Origin: an uncultured Chloroflexia bacterium
GTDB taxonomy: Bacteria; Chloroflexota; Dehalococcoidia; DSTF01; JACRBR01
Direction of reading: 5' to 3'
NCBI GenBank assembly: GCA_963743185.1
Contig: CAVUOT010000006.1
Span: 370,107-434,106 of the forward strand
DNA: 64,000 bases
Shown: piece by piece, positions 21,871 to 31,321 of the stretch
Layout: each line of letters opens with the position of its first letter
How positions within the stretch are numbered: position 1 is the stretch's first letter
Position numbers and translations under genes: made by a program
The notes under the pieces: model-generated
Told to the model about the DNA's origin: nothing
What the model saw: the letters and a program-made list of their open reading frames with translations, nothing else
Database searches by the model: none

Positions 21871-23151
21871 CGCTGCTCTCGCTGCTGACGATCGTCACCG
21901 ACAACTGGTGGGACATCCGCGACCTTTCGAACCTCAGCGGCGCCATCCTCGACCTCATCGACGACGCGGGCGGTCCGGCGTGGCTCATTTACGTCGTCTC
22001 GGCGCTGCTCGGCGCGCTCGGTATCGTCGCGTTCATCGGCGCTGTCGCCGTCATCAACATCTGGGTCGAGCGGCGTGTGGTCGGCCGCATGCAGTCGCGT
22101 CTCGGCCCGAACCGCCTCGGCCCCTTCGGCCTGCTGCAGCCCGTCGCGGACGCGATCAAGCTCATGCAGAAGGAAGTGCTGCAGCCGAAGACCGCCTCCG
22201 GCGTCATCTTCACGATGGCGCCGATCATGTTCACGGTGCCCGGGCATCGCGCTGATGGCCGTCCTGCCGTGGGGGCGCAACATGCTGCTCGCCAACCTGG
22301 ATGTCGGCATGCTCTACATCCTCGGCATGTCGTCGCTCGCCGCGCTTGCCGTCTTCATGGCCGGCTACAGCTCGAACAACAAGTACGCGCTCTTCGGCTC
22401 GATGCGCGTCATCGCCATGCTCGTCAGCTACGAGATCCCGATCGTGCTGTCGCTGCTCGGCATCGTCCTCTTCACCGGCACGATGAATCCGCAGGGCATC
22501 GTGCTCTTCCAGGAGCACTACTGGTCGCTGATGATCATGCTCCAGCCGCTCGCCTTCATCATCTACTTCTTCTCCGTCTCGGCGGAGCTGAATCGCACGC
22601 CCGCCGACATCGCCGAGGCCGAGTCCGAGATCGTCGGCGGCTACCACACCGAGTACTCCGGCATGAAGTTCGGCCTCTTCTACGCGGCCGAGCTGATCAA
22701 CGCCGTCTCGGTCTCGGCCATCATCTCGACGCTCTTCCTCGGCGGCTGGTGGGCCTACAAGCTCGACGAGATCGTCCCAGGCTGGATGATCTACATCGGC
22801 AAGATCTACACCGTCTACTTCCTCTTCGTCTGGACGCGTGGCACGCTGCCGCGGTTCCGCATCGACCAGCTCCTCGCGTTCGCGTGGAAGTGGCTGACGC
22901 CGATGGCGATCCTCAACATCGTCATGGTGTCTGCCGAGGTGACGATCTGGGAGGAGAGCGGCGTCAGCGCCGGCCTCCTGCTGCCGGTCTACATGGCGGT
23001 CAACACCGCGTTCGCCGGCGGCATCATCTTCGCCTTCGTCCGCCTGCTGGCGCCGAAGTTCGAGCGCTTCCCGACGCAGCTACGCTTCTACTCGAACATC
23101 GACGTGCCTTCGCTGCCAGCGGTGGCGCCAGAAGCGAAGGTGATCGCGTGA
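21867..23151 (+). CDS. nuoH: Complex I subunit H, frameshift near 22245
   Basis: ERR..GRMQSRLGPNR.GPFGLLQP.ADAIK, then AELNRTP.D..EAESE..GYHTEYSG and LPRFRIDQL. Confidence 0.95.
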
Positions 23152-23657
23152 TCGAAGACACGGGCATCGTGATCGCGTTCTGGGTGCTCGCCATCACGAC
23201 GATCGGTTGCGCGCTGATGGTCGCCGCGGTCCGTGAGTTGCTCCAGGCGGTGCTGTTCCTCGCGCTGGCGTTCGTCGGTGTTGCGGGCATCTACATCGTG
23301 CTCTCGGCCGACTTCGTCGCGGTCGTCCAGGTGCTGATCTACGCCGGCGCCATCGCCGTGCTCATGACCTTCGCCGTCATGCTCACGCCGGCTGCCGACC
23401 GCAAGAACTCCGAGACGGCGTTCCAGGGCCCCGCGGCGATCCTGGCAGGTCTCGTGCTCGCCGTCATCGTGTTCGTCATCTACGACACCGACTGGAAGAT
23501 CTCCGGCCGCGCCGCCTTCCCCGCCACCGCTGCGTCGCTGGGCGAAGCATTCCTCAAGCCGTACGTCGTGCCGTTCGAGGTGGCGTCGGTGCTGCTGATG
23601 ACCGCGATGATCGGCGCGATCGTTCTCACGAAGGAAGAGGAGGGCGAAGATGCCTGA
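23148..23657 (+). CDS. nuoJ: Complex I subunit J
   Basis: QVLIYAGAIAVL..F and PFEVASVLL; GTG start overlaps the nuoH TGA. Confidence 0.93.
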   Translation: MIEDTGIVIAFWVLAITTIGCALMVAAVRELLQAVLFLALAFVGVAGIYIVLSADFVAVVQVLIYAGAIAVLMTFAVMLTPAADRKNSETAFQGPAAILAGLVLAVIVFVIYDTDWKISGRAAFPATAASLGEAFLKPYVVPFEVASVLLMTAMIGAIVLTKEEEGEDA

Positions 23658-23983
23658 GTTGCTGCTCGCCGCGGTGAAGCTCGAGCAGGTGCTCCTCGTC
23701 GGGCGCGATCCTGTTCGCGATCGGTCTCTATCTCGCGCTGTCCAAGCGCAACGCCATCGGCATCCTGATGGGCGTCGAGCTGATGCTCAACGCGGTCAAC
23801 GTCACGCTGCTCGCGTTCTCGCGCTTCGTCGTCTCGCCGCGTCCGCTCGATGGCCAGGTCTTCGCGGTCTTCGTGATTACCGTCGCCGCGGCGGAGGCCG
23901 CCGTAGCACTCGCGCTGGCCGTGGCTGTCTACAAGCATCGGGAAACAGTAAACATCGACGAAATAGACATGCTGAAGTGGTGA
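23650..23983 (+). CDS. nuoK: Complex I subunit K, frameshift near 23702
   Basis: [23 protein letters not shown] and LKW end. Confidence 0.93.
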
Positions 23984-24013
23984 TCTGGTGACGACAGGAG
24001 ACCGAAGCGGACA

Positions 24014-24205
24014 ATGTGGTCCAAGCTGATCGATGTGAAGAACGGGTACGCCGCCGAGGTATGGAAGGAACTCTTCGACGCCGAGGGCGTGTCGAACCGC
24101 GTCGTCCCGCCGCTCACAAGCGATGCGCCGATGTCACAGCCGCGCGAGATCTGGGTGCCCGACAGCAAGACGCACGTCGCGCAGGAAATCATGCGGAAGA
24201 TCTAA
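24014..24205 (+). CDS. Small DUF2007-like protein inside the nuo operon
   Basis: 63 aa, AEVWKELFDAEGV...EIWVP; AGGAG upstream. Confidence 0.65.
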   Translation: MWSKLIDVKNGYAAEVWKELFDAEGVSNRVVPPLTSDAPMSQPREIWVPDSKTHVAQEIMRKI

Positions 24206-24213
24206 CGAACACC

Positions 24214-24239
24214 GTGGGCGCGGCCACACGTGGCCGCCC
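24214..24239 (+). repeat. GTGG-type REP palindrome
   Basis: GTGGGCGCGGCCACACGTGGCCGCCC. Confidence 0.5.
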
Positions 24240-24257
24240 GGTAAGGCGAAGATGACC

Positions 24258-24285
24258 CACCAATCACCAATCACCAGTCACCAGG
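24258..24285. repeat. Heptamer tandem repeat, 4 units
   Basis: CACCAAT CACCAAT CACCAGT CACCAGG upstream of nuoL. Confidence 0.75.
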
Positions 24286-24297
24286 AGACCACCTAGC

Positions 24298-26271
24298 GTG
24301 TTCCTGCCGACCGTTCCCGAGGGTGTAGTCTGGGCGATCCTGCTTCTGCCTATCGCCTCGCTCCTCGTCACCGCGTCCGTCACGAGGCCCTACCCGAAGA
24401 TCTCGGGCTACGTGACGATCGCGGCGATCGGTACCGCGTTCCTCTTCGCCCTCTGGACGCTCGATAGCGTCATCGAGAGCGACGGGCACGCGCTCGCGTT
24501 CGGCTCCTACCACTGGCTGAAGGTCAGCACGGACAACCCGGTCCTGCAGCAGCTCGGCGGCCCGAACCTCAGCATCGACCTGGCGCTGCGGATCGACGGG
24601 CTGAGCGCGATCATGCTCGTCGTCGTCACCGCGGTCTCGCTGCTCGTGCAGATCTACTCGCAGGGCTACATGGAAGGCGACGGCGGCTACTCGCGGTACT
24701 TCGCCTACATGTCGCTGTTCACCGCCGCAATGCTCGGCCTGCTGATGATGGACAGCATCCTGATGGTGTACGTGTTCTGGGAGCTTGTCGGCCTCGGCTC
24801 GTACCTGCTCATCGGTTTCTGGTTCCACAAGAAGTCCGCCGCCGACGCCGCGAAGAAGGCGTTCCTGACGACGCGCCTCGGCGATATCGGCTTCCTGCTT
24901 GCGGTCCTGCTGATCTGGACGAAGACCAACACGTTCAACATCCCGCTGATCCAGGAGATGGCGCAGAACGGAAAGATCACCGACACCGTACTCACGCTCT
25001 TCGCGCTCGGCATCTTCGCCGGTGCGGTCGGCAAGTCCGCGCAGTTCCCGCTGCACGTCTGGCTGCCCGACGCGATGGAGGGCCCGACGCCCGTCTCGGC
25101 GCTGATCCACGCCGCCACGATGGTCGCCGCCGGTGTGTATCTGGTGGCGCGCATGTACCCCGTCTTCCAGATGTCCGACGAGGCGCTGAAGACCGTCGCC
25201 TACGTCGGCGGCTTTACGGCGATATTCGCCGCGTCGATCGGTATCGTCGTCACTGACATCAAGCGTGTGCTCGCGTACTCAACGATCAGCCAACTCGGCT
25301 ACATGATGCTCGCGCTCGGCACGGGCGGGTACATCGCCGCGATCTTCCACCTGTTCACGCACGCGTTCTTCAAGGCGCTGCTCTTCCTCGGCTCGGGCTC
25401 GGTCAACCACGCGACCGGGACGTTCGACATGCGGAAGATGGGCGGTCTGAAGCAGTACATGCCGATCACCTACGCGACGTTTGTCGTCGGCTCGTTGAGC
25501 CTCGCCGGCATCGTGCCGTTCGCCGGCTTCTGGTCGAAGGACGAGATCCTTGGCTCGGCGTGGCAGGACGACAAGATCCTCTGGGCCGTCGCCATGGCTG
25601 TCGTGTTCATGACCGCGTTCTACTCGTTTCGCGCGATCTTCCTCACGTTCCACGGCGACTACAAGGGCGGGGAGCCTCCCGAGCATGGCGTCCACGACGC
25701 GCACGCCGGCAAGCCGCACGAGTCGCCGCTCGTCATGGCGCTGCCGCTCCTCATCCTCGCCGTCCCGGCCACGTTGGCGGGCTTCGTGAACTTCCCGACG
25801 CACGGCACCGAGGCGCTCGCGCACCTGCTGGAAGGCGCGCTGCCGGAGTCGTCCGCCGCGGCGCTGCATCACGAGAGCTTCAACTGGGGCATCGCCATCT
25901 CGTCGTCGGCGCTCGCGTTCGCCGGCATCGGCCTGGCCTACGTTGTCTACCAGGCGAAGGCAATCTCGTCAGAATCGTTGCAGAAGGTGTGGGGGCCCGT
26001 GCACACGCTCGTCGCGCGCAAGTACTACATGGACGAACTGTACGAGAACCTGATCGTCAAGGAAGGCCTCTACAACATCGTCACGCGCGCCGGCCAGTGG
26101 GTCGACACGAACATCATCGACGGCGCGGTCAATGGCGCGGCGACCGTGGCGCGGCGGACCGGCGATGGCCTGCGCTGGGTGCAATCGGGATCTGTGCAGG
26201 CATACGGCACCGTAGGATTCGCCGGGCTCGTCGCAGCTTCATTCCTCATGCTCGTGTTACTGGAGAGATAG
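24298..26271 (+). CDS. nuoL: Complex I subunit L
   Basis: GKSAQFPLHVWLPDAMEGPTPVSALIHAATMV and HAFFKALLFLGSG. Confidence 0.97.
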   Translation: MFLPTVPEGVVWAILLLPIASLLVTASVTRPYPKISGYVTIAAIGTAFLFALWTLDSVIESDGHALAFGSYHWLKVSTDNPVLQQLGGPNLSIDLALRIDGLSAIMLVVVTAVSLLVQIYSQGYMEGDGGYSRYFAYMSLFTAAMLGLLMMDSILMVYVFWELVGLGSYLLIGFWFHKKSAADAAKKAFLTTRLGDIGFLLAVLLIWTKTNTFNIPLIQEMAQNGKITDTVLTLFALGIFAGAVGKSAQFPLHVWLPDAMEGPTPVSALIHAATMVAAGVYLVARMYPVFQMSDEALKTVAYVGGFTAIFAASIGIVVTDIKRVLAYSTISQLGYMMLALGTGGYIAAIFHLFTHAFFKALLFLGSGSVNHATGTFDMRKMGGLKQYMPITYATFVVGSLSLAGIVPFAGFWSKDEILGSAWQDDKILWAVAMAVVFMTAFYSFRAIFLTFHGDYKGGEPPEHGVHDAHAGKPHESPLVMALPLLILAVPATLAGFVNFPTHGTEALAHLLEGALPESSAAALHHESFNWGIAISSSALAFAGIGLAYVVYQAKAISSESLQKVWGPVHTLVARKYYMDELYENLIVKEGLYNIVTRAGQWVDTNIIDGAVNGAATVARRTGDGLRWVQSGSVQAYGTVGFAGLVAASFLMLVLLER

Positions 26272-26274
26272 GCG

Positions 26275-27774
26275 ATGAACGGACTGCTGGTCTTCACCGT
26301 CTTCTTCCCGGCTGTCGCGGCGGGCGTCGTCATGCTCACCGTCCCTCGCGAGAGCGAGAACCAGGCGAAGTGGCTCGCGCTCATGGCCACGCTTACCGCA
26401 TTCGTCGGATCGGTCATTCTGCTCTTCGCCTTTGAGCGGCATCCGGGCGAGGCGGCCGCCAATCCGTTTCAGTTCGAGTCCACCGCTACGTGGATCGACG
26501 CCGCCACGGCCGGCTTCGACGTGCAGTTCCACATGGGCGTCGACGGCCTCGGCATCACGATGGTCCTGCTGACGACGTTCCTCTTCGTCATCGCGACGTT
26601 GATCTCGTTCGGCGTGAAACTCCGCACGAAGGAGTACTTCATCTGGCTGCTCGCGCTCGAGACGGGCGTGCTCGGCGTCTTCACCTCGCTCGACCTGATC
26701 ATGTTCTTCCTGTTCTGGGAGGTCGAGCTGCTGCCGATGTACATGCTGATCTCGGTGTGGGGCAGCGGTCGCAAAGAGTACTCGGCGATGAAGTTCCTGC
26801 TCTACACGATCGCCGGCTCAGCTTTCATGCTCGTCGGCTTCCTGGTGATGGGCTTCAGCGCTGAACCGGTGCACACGTTCGACATGGTGCGCCTGCAGCA
26901 GAGCACGATCGGCTCCGGGCTGCTGCCGCTCTGGATGATCTTCGGCTTCATCTTCATCGCGTTCGCCGTAAAGCTGCCGATGTTCCCGTTCCACACCTGG
27001 CTGCCCGATGCGCACACCGATGCACCGACCGCGGTGTCCGTCATCCTCGCCGGTGTCCTGCTGAAGATGGGCGGCTACGGCATCCTGCGCATCCTTGTGA
27101 CGCTCATGCCGAAGACCACGAAGGACTACGGCGTCTGGCTCGCGACGCTCGCCGCCATCAGCGTCATCTACGGCGCGATCCTCACGATCCGCCAGAAGGA
27201 CCTGAAGCGCCTCGTGGCATACTCGTCCGTGAGCCACATGGGGTACGTGCTGCTAGGCATCTCCGCGCTCGGCCACGTCAGTCTGACCGGCGCCGCGCTC
27301 CAAATGTTCACCCACGGCACGATCACGGGGCTGCTGTTCGTGATGGTGGGCATCATCTACGACCGCGCGCACACGCGCGACATCGATCAACTCAGCGGTC
27401 TCGCGCACACGATGCCGCTGGCGGCAACGACGATGGTTATCGCCGGGCTCGCCGCTCTCGGCCTGCCCGCACTCTCCGGCTTCGTTGCCGAACTGCTCGT
27501 GTTCCTGGGCAGCTTCGACACGTACACCGTGCCGACCATCTTCGCTGTCTGCGGCATCCTCCTCTCGGCAGGTTACATAACGTGGATGATCCAGCGCGTG
27601 TTCTTCGGCCCGAAGAATGAGAAGTGGGCCCATCTTCCCGACGCGAACCACTGGTGGGAGCAGGTGCCGATGGCCGCGCTGGTCATCGTCATCGTCGCCG
27701 TCGGTGTGCGGCCGTCGCTTGTCGTCGACCTGCTTGATACAGGGATGATCAACATCGTGAAGGTGCTCAACTGA
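26275..27774 (+). CDS. nuoM: Complex I subunit M
   Basis: AFAVKLPMFPFHTWLPDAH and LKRLVAYSSVSHMG. Confidence 0.97.
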   Translation: MNGLLVFTVFFPAVAAGVVMLTVPRESENQAKWLALMATLTAFVGSVILLFAFERHPGEAAANPFQFESTATWIDAATAGFDVQFHMGVDGLGITMVLLTTFLFVIATLISFGVKLRTKEYFIWLLALETGVLGVFTSLDLIMFFLFWEVELLPMYMLISVWGSGRKEYSAMKFLLYTIAGSAFMLVGFLVMGFSAEPVHTFDMVRLQQSTIGSGLLPLWMIFGFIFIAFAVKLPMFPFHTWLPDAHTDAPTAVSVILAGVLLKMGGYGILRILVTLMPKTTKDYGVWLATLAAISVIYGAILTIRQKDLKRLVAYSSVSHMGYVLLGISALGHVSLTGAALQMFTHGTITGLLFVMVGIIYDRAHTRDIDQLSGLAHTMPLAATTMVIAGLAALGLPALSGFVAELLVFLGSFDTYTVPTIFAVCGILLSAGYITWMIQRVFFGPKNEKWAHLPDANHWWEQVPMAALVIVIVAVGVRPSLVVDLLDTGMINIVKVLN

Positions 27775-29258
27775 TGATTCCTGACCTGAACAGGCTAGGG
27801 CCGGTGCTCGCGGTGATGGTCACCGCCGGCATCATCATCATCGCCGACCTCATGACGCCGCGCGACAAGAAGCGCGCGCTCGCCGGCATCGCGGTCGGCG
27901 GCCTCGCGGCCTCCGCCGTGTGGCTCGTCGTGCTAATCCTGCGCGATCGCCAGGCGTCGTTTTTCAGCGACACAATGTCGCTGGACAACTTCAGCATCTT
28001 CTTCACGTTCATGTTTATCGGCGTGGCCGGCGCCGTCATCCTGGCCTCGCTCGATTACACGGAGAAGTTCGGCGAGCGGCAGGGCGAATTCTTCGCGCTG
28101 ATCCTCATCGCCACGTCCGGCATGATGCTGCTCTCCGGCGCGCGTGACCTCATCGCGATCTTCGTCGCGCTCGAGCTCACGAGCATCACGCAATTCATCC
28201 TGGCCGGCTACCTGCGCGACGACCGGGGCAGCGAGGCGGCGCTCAAGTACTTGCTGCTGGGCGCGGTCTCGTCCGCGGTCATCCTGTATGGCATGGCGTT
28301 CCTCTTCGGCATCGCGGGTACCACGCACCTCGTCACCACAGATGGCTCGCCCAGCATTGCCAGCACCATAGCCGCGGGCGACGGCGGCATCCGCTCGGCA
28401 CTCATCGTGAGCATGGTGTTCCTGGCGGCCGGGTTCGGCTTCAAGATGGCCATCGTGCCGTTCCAGATGTGGACGCCCGACGTCTACGAGGGCGCGCCGA
28501 CGCCTGTCGCCGCTTTCCTTTCGGTCGGCAGCAAGGCCGCCGCGTTCGCCGTCGTGCTGCGCATCTTCTACCAGGGGTTCGGCCCGCACACGTTCGTCGG
28601 CGACGACTGGAAGATGCTGTTTGCAGTCCTCGCCGCCATCACGATGACCGTCGGCAACGTCATGGCGCTGCGCCAGACGAACATCCGGCGCATGCTGGGC
28701 TACAGCTCGATCGCCCAGGCGGGCAATTTTCTCGTCGGCATGGCCGCGATAGCCAGCACGACCGATGGCACCTCGCAGCTCGGCGCCAGTGGCGTCGTGT
28801 TCTTCCTGGGCACGTACGCGTTTACGAACCTCGGCGCGTTCATCGCCATCCTGGCCATCTCCAACCGCACCAACAGCGATGAGATCTCCAGCTACGCCGG
28901 GATGGGGCGCCGCGCGCCGCTTCTCGCCGTCGTGCTCGCGCTCTGCCTGCTCTCGCTCACCGGACTACCGCCGACGGCGGGGTTCTTCGCGAAGCTCTAC
29001 GTCTTCAACGCCGCGATCCAGGCCGACCTGGTCTGGCTTGTCGTCATCGGCGTGCTGAACACCGTCGCGTCGGCGTTCTACTACATGGGCGTTGTGCGCC
29101 AGATGTACAGTACGACGGCCGAGGGAGAGCCTGATGTCACTGCGCCGCTCGTCACACAGGGCCTGCTCGTCATCGCGGCGGCCGGCGTTGTCGGGATCGG
29201 GCTGTATCCGATCCCTTTGATTGACGCCGCACAGCGCGCGGTCAACGTCTTCGCCTGA
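27774..29258 (+). CDS. nuoN: Complex I subunit N
   Basis: EAALKY, FKMAIVPFQMWTPDVYEGAP and GLPPTAGFFAK. Confidence 0.97.
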   Translation: MIPDLNRLGPVLAVMVTAGIIIIADLMTPRDKKRALAGIAVGGLAASAVWLVVLILRDRQASFFSDTMSLDNFSIFFTFMFIGVAGAVILASLDYTEKFGERQGEFFALILIATSGMMLLSGARDLIAIFVALELTSITQFILAGYLRDDRGSEAALKYLLLGAVSSAVILYGMAFLFGIAGTTHLVTTDGSPSIASTIAAGDGGIRSALIVSMVFLAAGFGFKMAIVPFQMWTPDVYEGAPTPVAAFLSVGSKAAAFAVVLRIFYQGFGPHTFVGDDWKMLFAVLAAITMTVGNVMALRQTNIRRMLGYSSIAQAGNFLVGMAAIASTTDGTSQLGASGVVFFLGTYAFTNLGAFIAILAISNRTNSDEISSYAGMGRRAPLLAVVLALCLLSLTGLPPTAGFFAKLYVFNAAIQADLVWLVVIGVLNTVASAFYYMGVVRQMYSTTAEGEPDVTAPLVTQGLLVIAAAGVVGIGLYPIPLIDAAQRAVNVFA

Positions 29259-29283
29259 ACGCGACGAGGGTAGTGCTGTCGCC

Positions 29284-29934
29284 TTACGGGCGCGGGGGCT
29301 CGCGGCGCGCGATAAACGCGGCCGCTTCGGAGCGGCGCCGCAGGTTCAACTTGCTGAGGATGTTGCTCACGTAGTTCTTGACCGTCTTGTCGCTCAGGTA
29401 GACCTCGTCCGCGATCTCTTTGTTTGTCTTGCCTTCCGCAATCAGCGAGAGGATCTTGTGCTCCTGCTCGGTCAGCGCGTCGAGGGGGTCATCAGCCTTG
29501 CGCTGGCTGGCTGACCGCACGCGGTCCATGACCTTCTGCGTCACGGCGGCGTCCAGCAACGACTCGCCGCGCGCTACCGCGGCGATGGCGTCTGCCAGCG
29601 CCGCTCCGCGCGTTTGCTTCAGCACGTACCCGGCGGCCCCCGCAAGGATCGATGCGAACACGGCGTCGTCGTCCGCGTACGACGTCAGCATGATGACCTT
29701 CGTCTCCGGCCGCTCCTCCCGAATCTCGCGGCATGCCTCGATGCCGCTCCCGTCGGGCAGTCGCACGTCCATCACGATGACGTCGGGCTTGGTCCGCGCC
29801 GCCTCGGCCACCGCCTGTTCCACGGACCCCGCCTGGCCTACCACGTCGAAGCCCTCGCGTCGGCTCAACAACGCCCGGAGGCCCTCTCGCACCACCTCGT
29901 GGTCATCGACGATCAGGATCCGTGTCTTGGCCAT
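29284..29934 (-). CDS. NarL/LuxR response regulator (DevR/DosR-like), no kinase nearby
   Basis: IVDDHEVVR, MDVRLPDGSG and HTH GKTNKEIA..LSDKTVKNYVS. Confidence 0.93.
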   Translation of the reverse strand: MAKTRILIVDDHEVVREGLRALLSRREGFDVVGQAGSVEQAVAEAARTKPDVIVMDVRLPDGSGIEACREIREERPETKVIMLTSYADDDAVFASILAGAAGYVLKQTRGAALADAIAAVARGESLLDAAVTQKVMDRVRSASQRKADDPLDALTEQEHKILSLIAEGKTNKEIADEVYLSDKTVKNYVSNILSKLNLRRRSEAAAFIARREPPRP

Positions 29935-30180
29935 GCGACTCTCCTTCGCCGGTTCGCAGGGTTCCTTCGACGGCGCCGGAGCCGTTCGAAACTTCTTGCT
30001 GAGTGTACCGTGCAAACGGGGCGCACGCTTCGCGACACAAGGCGATTGGGCCGCGGAGGGAGATTGGCACGAGTGGAACGGCCGAAACCCTCCCGGGCGG
30101 CGGTGCTGGAATCTTGGTCGCCACGCCCGCTGACGCTCGCCGGAGCCGCGTCACGGCGATCCGGCGGCCGCCCGCCGACC

Positions 30181-30200
30181 GTCGGGTGCAGACACCCTAA
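30181..30200. promoter_or_regulatory. Dyad resembling a DosR/DevR-type box
   Basis: GTCGGGTGcagaCACCCTAA between the divergent regulator and the surface-protein genes. Confidence 0.3.
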
Positions 30201-30313
30201 AGCCCGCGCGCGGCCGGCCGACCAATACGCATACTGCTTCGGCTTCTGATGAGATGCCGGGCCCGCACGTCCGCCCCGTCAACCGGCGTGCCGCGATCGA
30301 TCGGAGGGGTGTT

Positions 30314-31294
30314 ATGACTCGACTGCTTCGCTCAAGGGTGCTGGCCGTGCTCGTGGCGCTCGCGGTCCTGGCCACGCTGTCCACGCAGAGGCAATCGCCA
30401 GCAAACGCGGCGGGGCTCACCGCCGTAGGCTGGGCCGTCAGCAACTCCCAGACATCCGCGACGGGCATTACCTACACCTGGAACTTCACGCCGGCAACCA
30501 CGGCGACGCTCTCGTCGATCACCATGACGGTGCCCGCGGGCACGACTGGTACGCCGGCCATCGCCGCCAACTGGGGGATCGGCGCCGGCAGCGTCGGTCT
30601 GTCCGGCGCGACCGTTACCTACACGGTCACGGCACCGGCATCGGTGAGCTCGGGTACCCCGATCTACATTGAACTCTCGGGGTTCACGAATACTGGTACG
30701 GCTGGCAGCTACACGAGCGACGTAACCACCGACAATGGAGCCCCCGTTGATACGGGTACCAGTCAATCCGTGACGTTCGGTTCGTCGACGACGGTCGCCC
30801 ATGTCACAGTCGCGAAGTCGCTGACGCTGACGAACGACACACCAGCGTTTCGTTTGCTGATGGATCCTGGCGTCGCCGCGCTCGCGGACCGCAACAAGGA
30901 TGTCACGCTCACCGTGAAGACGAACTCCGGATCAGGCTATTCGCTGGCCGTCCAGGCGGGATTACTCACCAACACCAGCGCCCAGACCATCCCGGTCGCC
31001 TCGAATGGGATCGGAACGGGTGTGGCGTCGGGTGCGTTTGCGGCGAACACCTTCGGGTACTCGATGACCGCGACCGCCGGCAACGCGTCGGGCGTCGCGG
31101 TGCAGGGCGCTGGGCTGGGCGCCGGCGACTATGTCGGCTACACGAGCGGCGGCGAAACCGCGGCTATCGCGACGGGGCCAACCGGCGACGCCGGCGACAC
31201 GATCGTCCTGAACAATCGCGTGAAGATCAACTACGACACGCCCGGTGGCGAGTACACGTCCACCATCACGTACACGGTGGCACCGTCGTACTGA
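30314..31294 (+). CDS. Secreted Thr/Gly-rich beta-sandwich surface subunit (WxL/pilin-like)
   Basis: Signal peptide; VKTNSGSGYSL; C-terminal PGGEYTSTITYTVAPSY strand. Confidence 0.7.
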   Translation: MTRLLRSRVLAVLVALAVLATLSTQRQSPANAAGLTAVGWAVSNSQTSATGITYTWNFTPATTATLSSITMTVPAGTTGTPAIAANWGIGAGSVGLSGATVTYTVTAPASVSSGTPIYIELSGFTNTGTAGSYTSDVTTDNGAPVDTGTSQSVTFGSSTTVAHVTVAKSLTLTNDTPAFRLLMDPGVAALADRNKDVTLTVKTNSGSGYSLAVQAGLLTNTSAQTIPVASNGIGTGVASGAFAANTFGYSMTATAGNASGVAVQGAGLGAGDYVGYTSGGETAAIATGPTGDAGDTIVLNNRVKINYDTPGGEYTSTITYTVAPSY

Positions 31295-31321
31295 CGCACG
31301 AACACGGGAAGGATCCCGGAC

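Noticed and set aside
29940-30310. c-di-GMP riboswitch or hammerhead ribozyme (CTGATGAG at 30246)
   Set aside because: No GGCAAAC/GAAA/GACGCAAAG pattern, and no downstream GAAA core with supporting stems.
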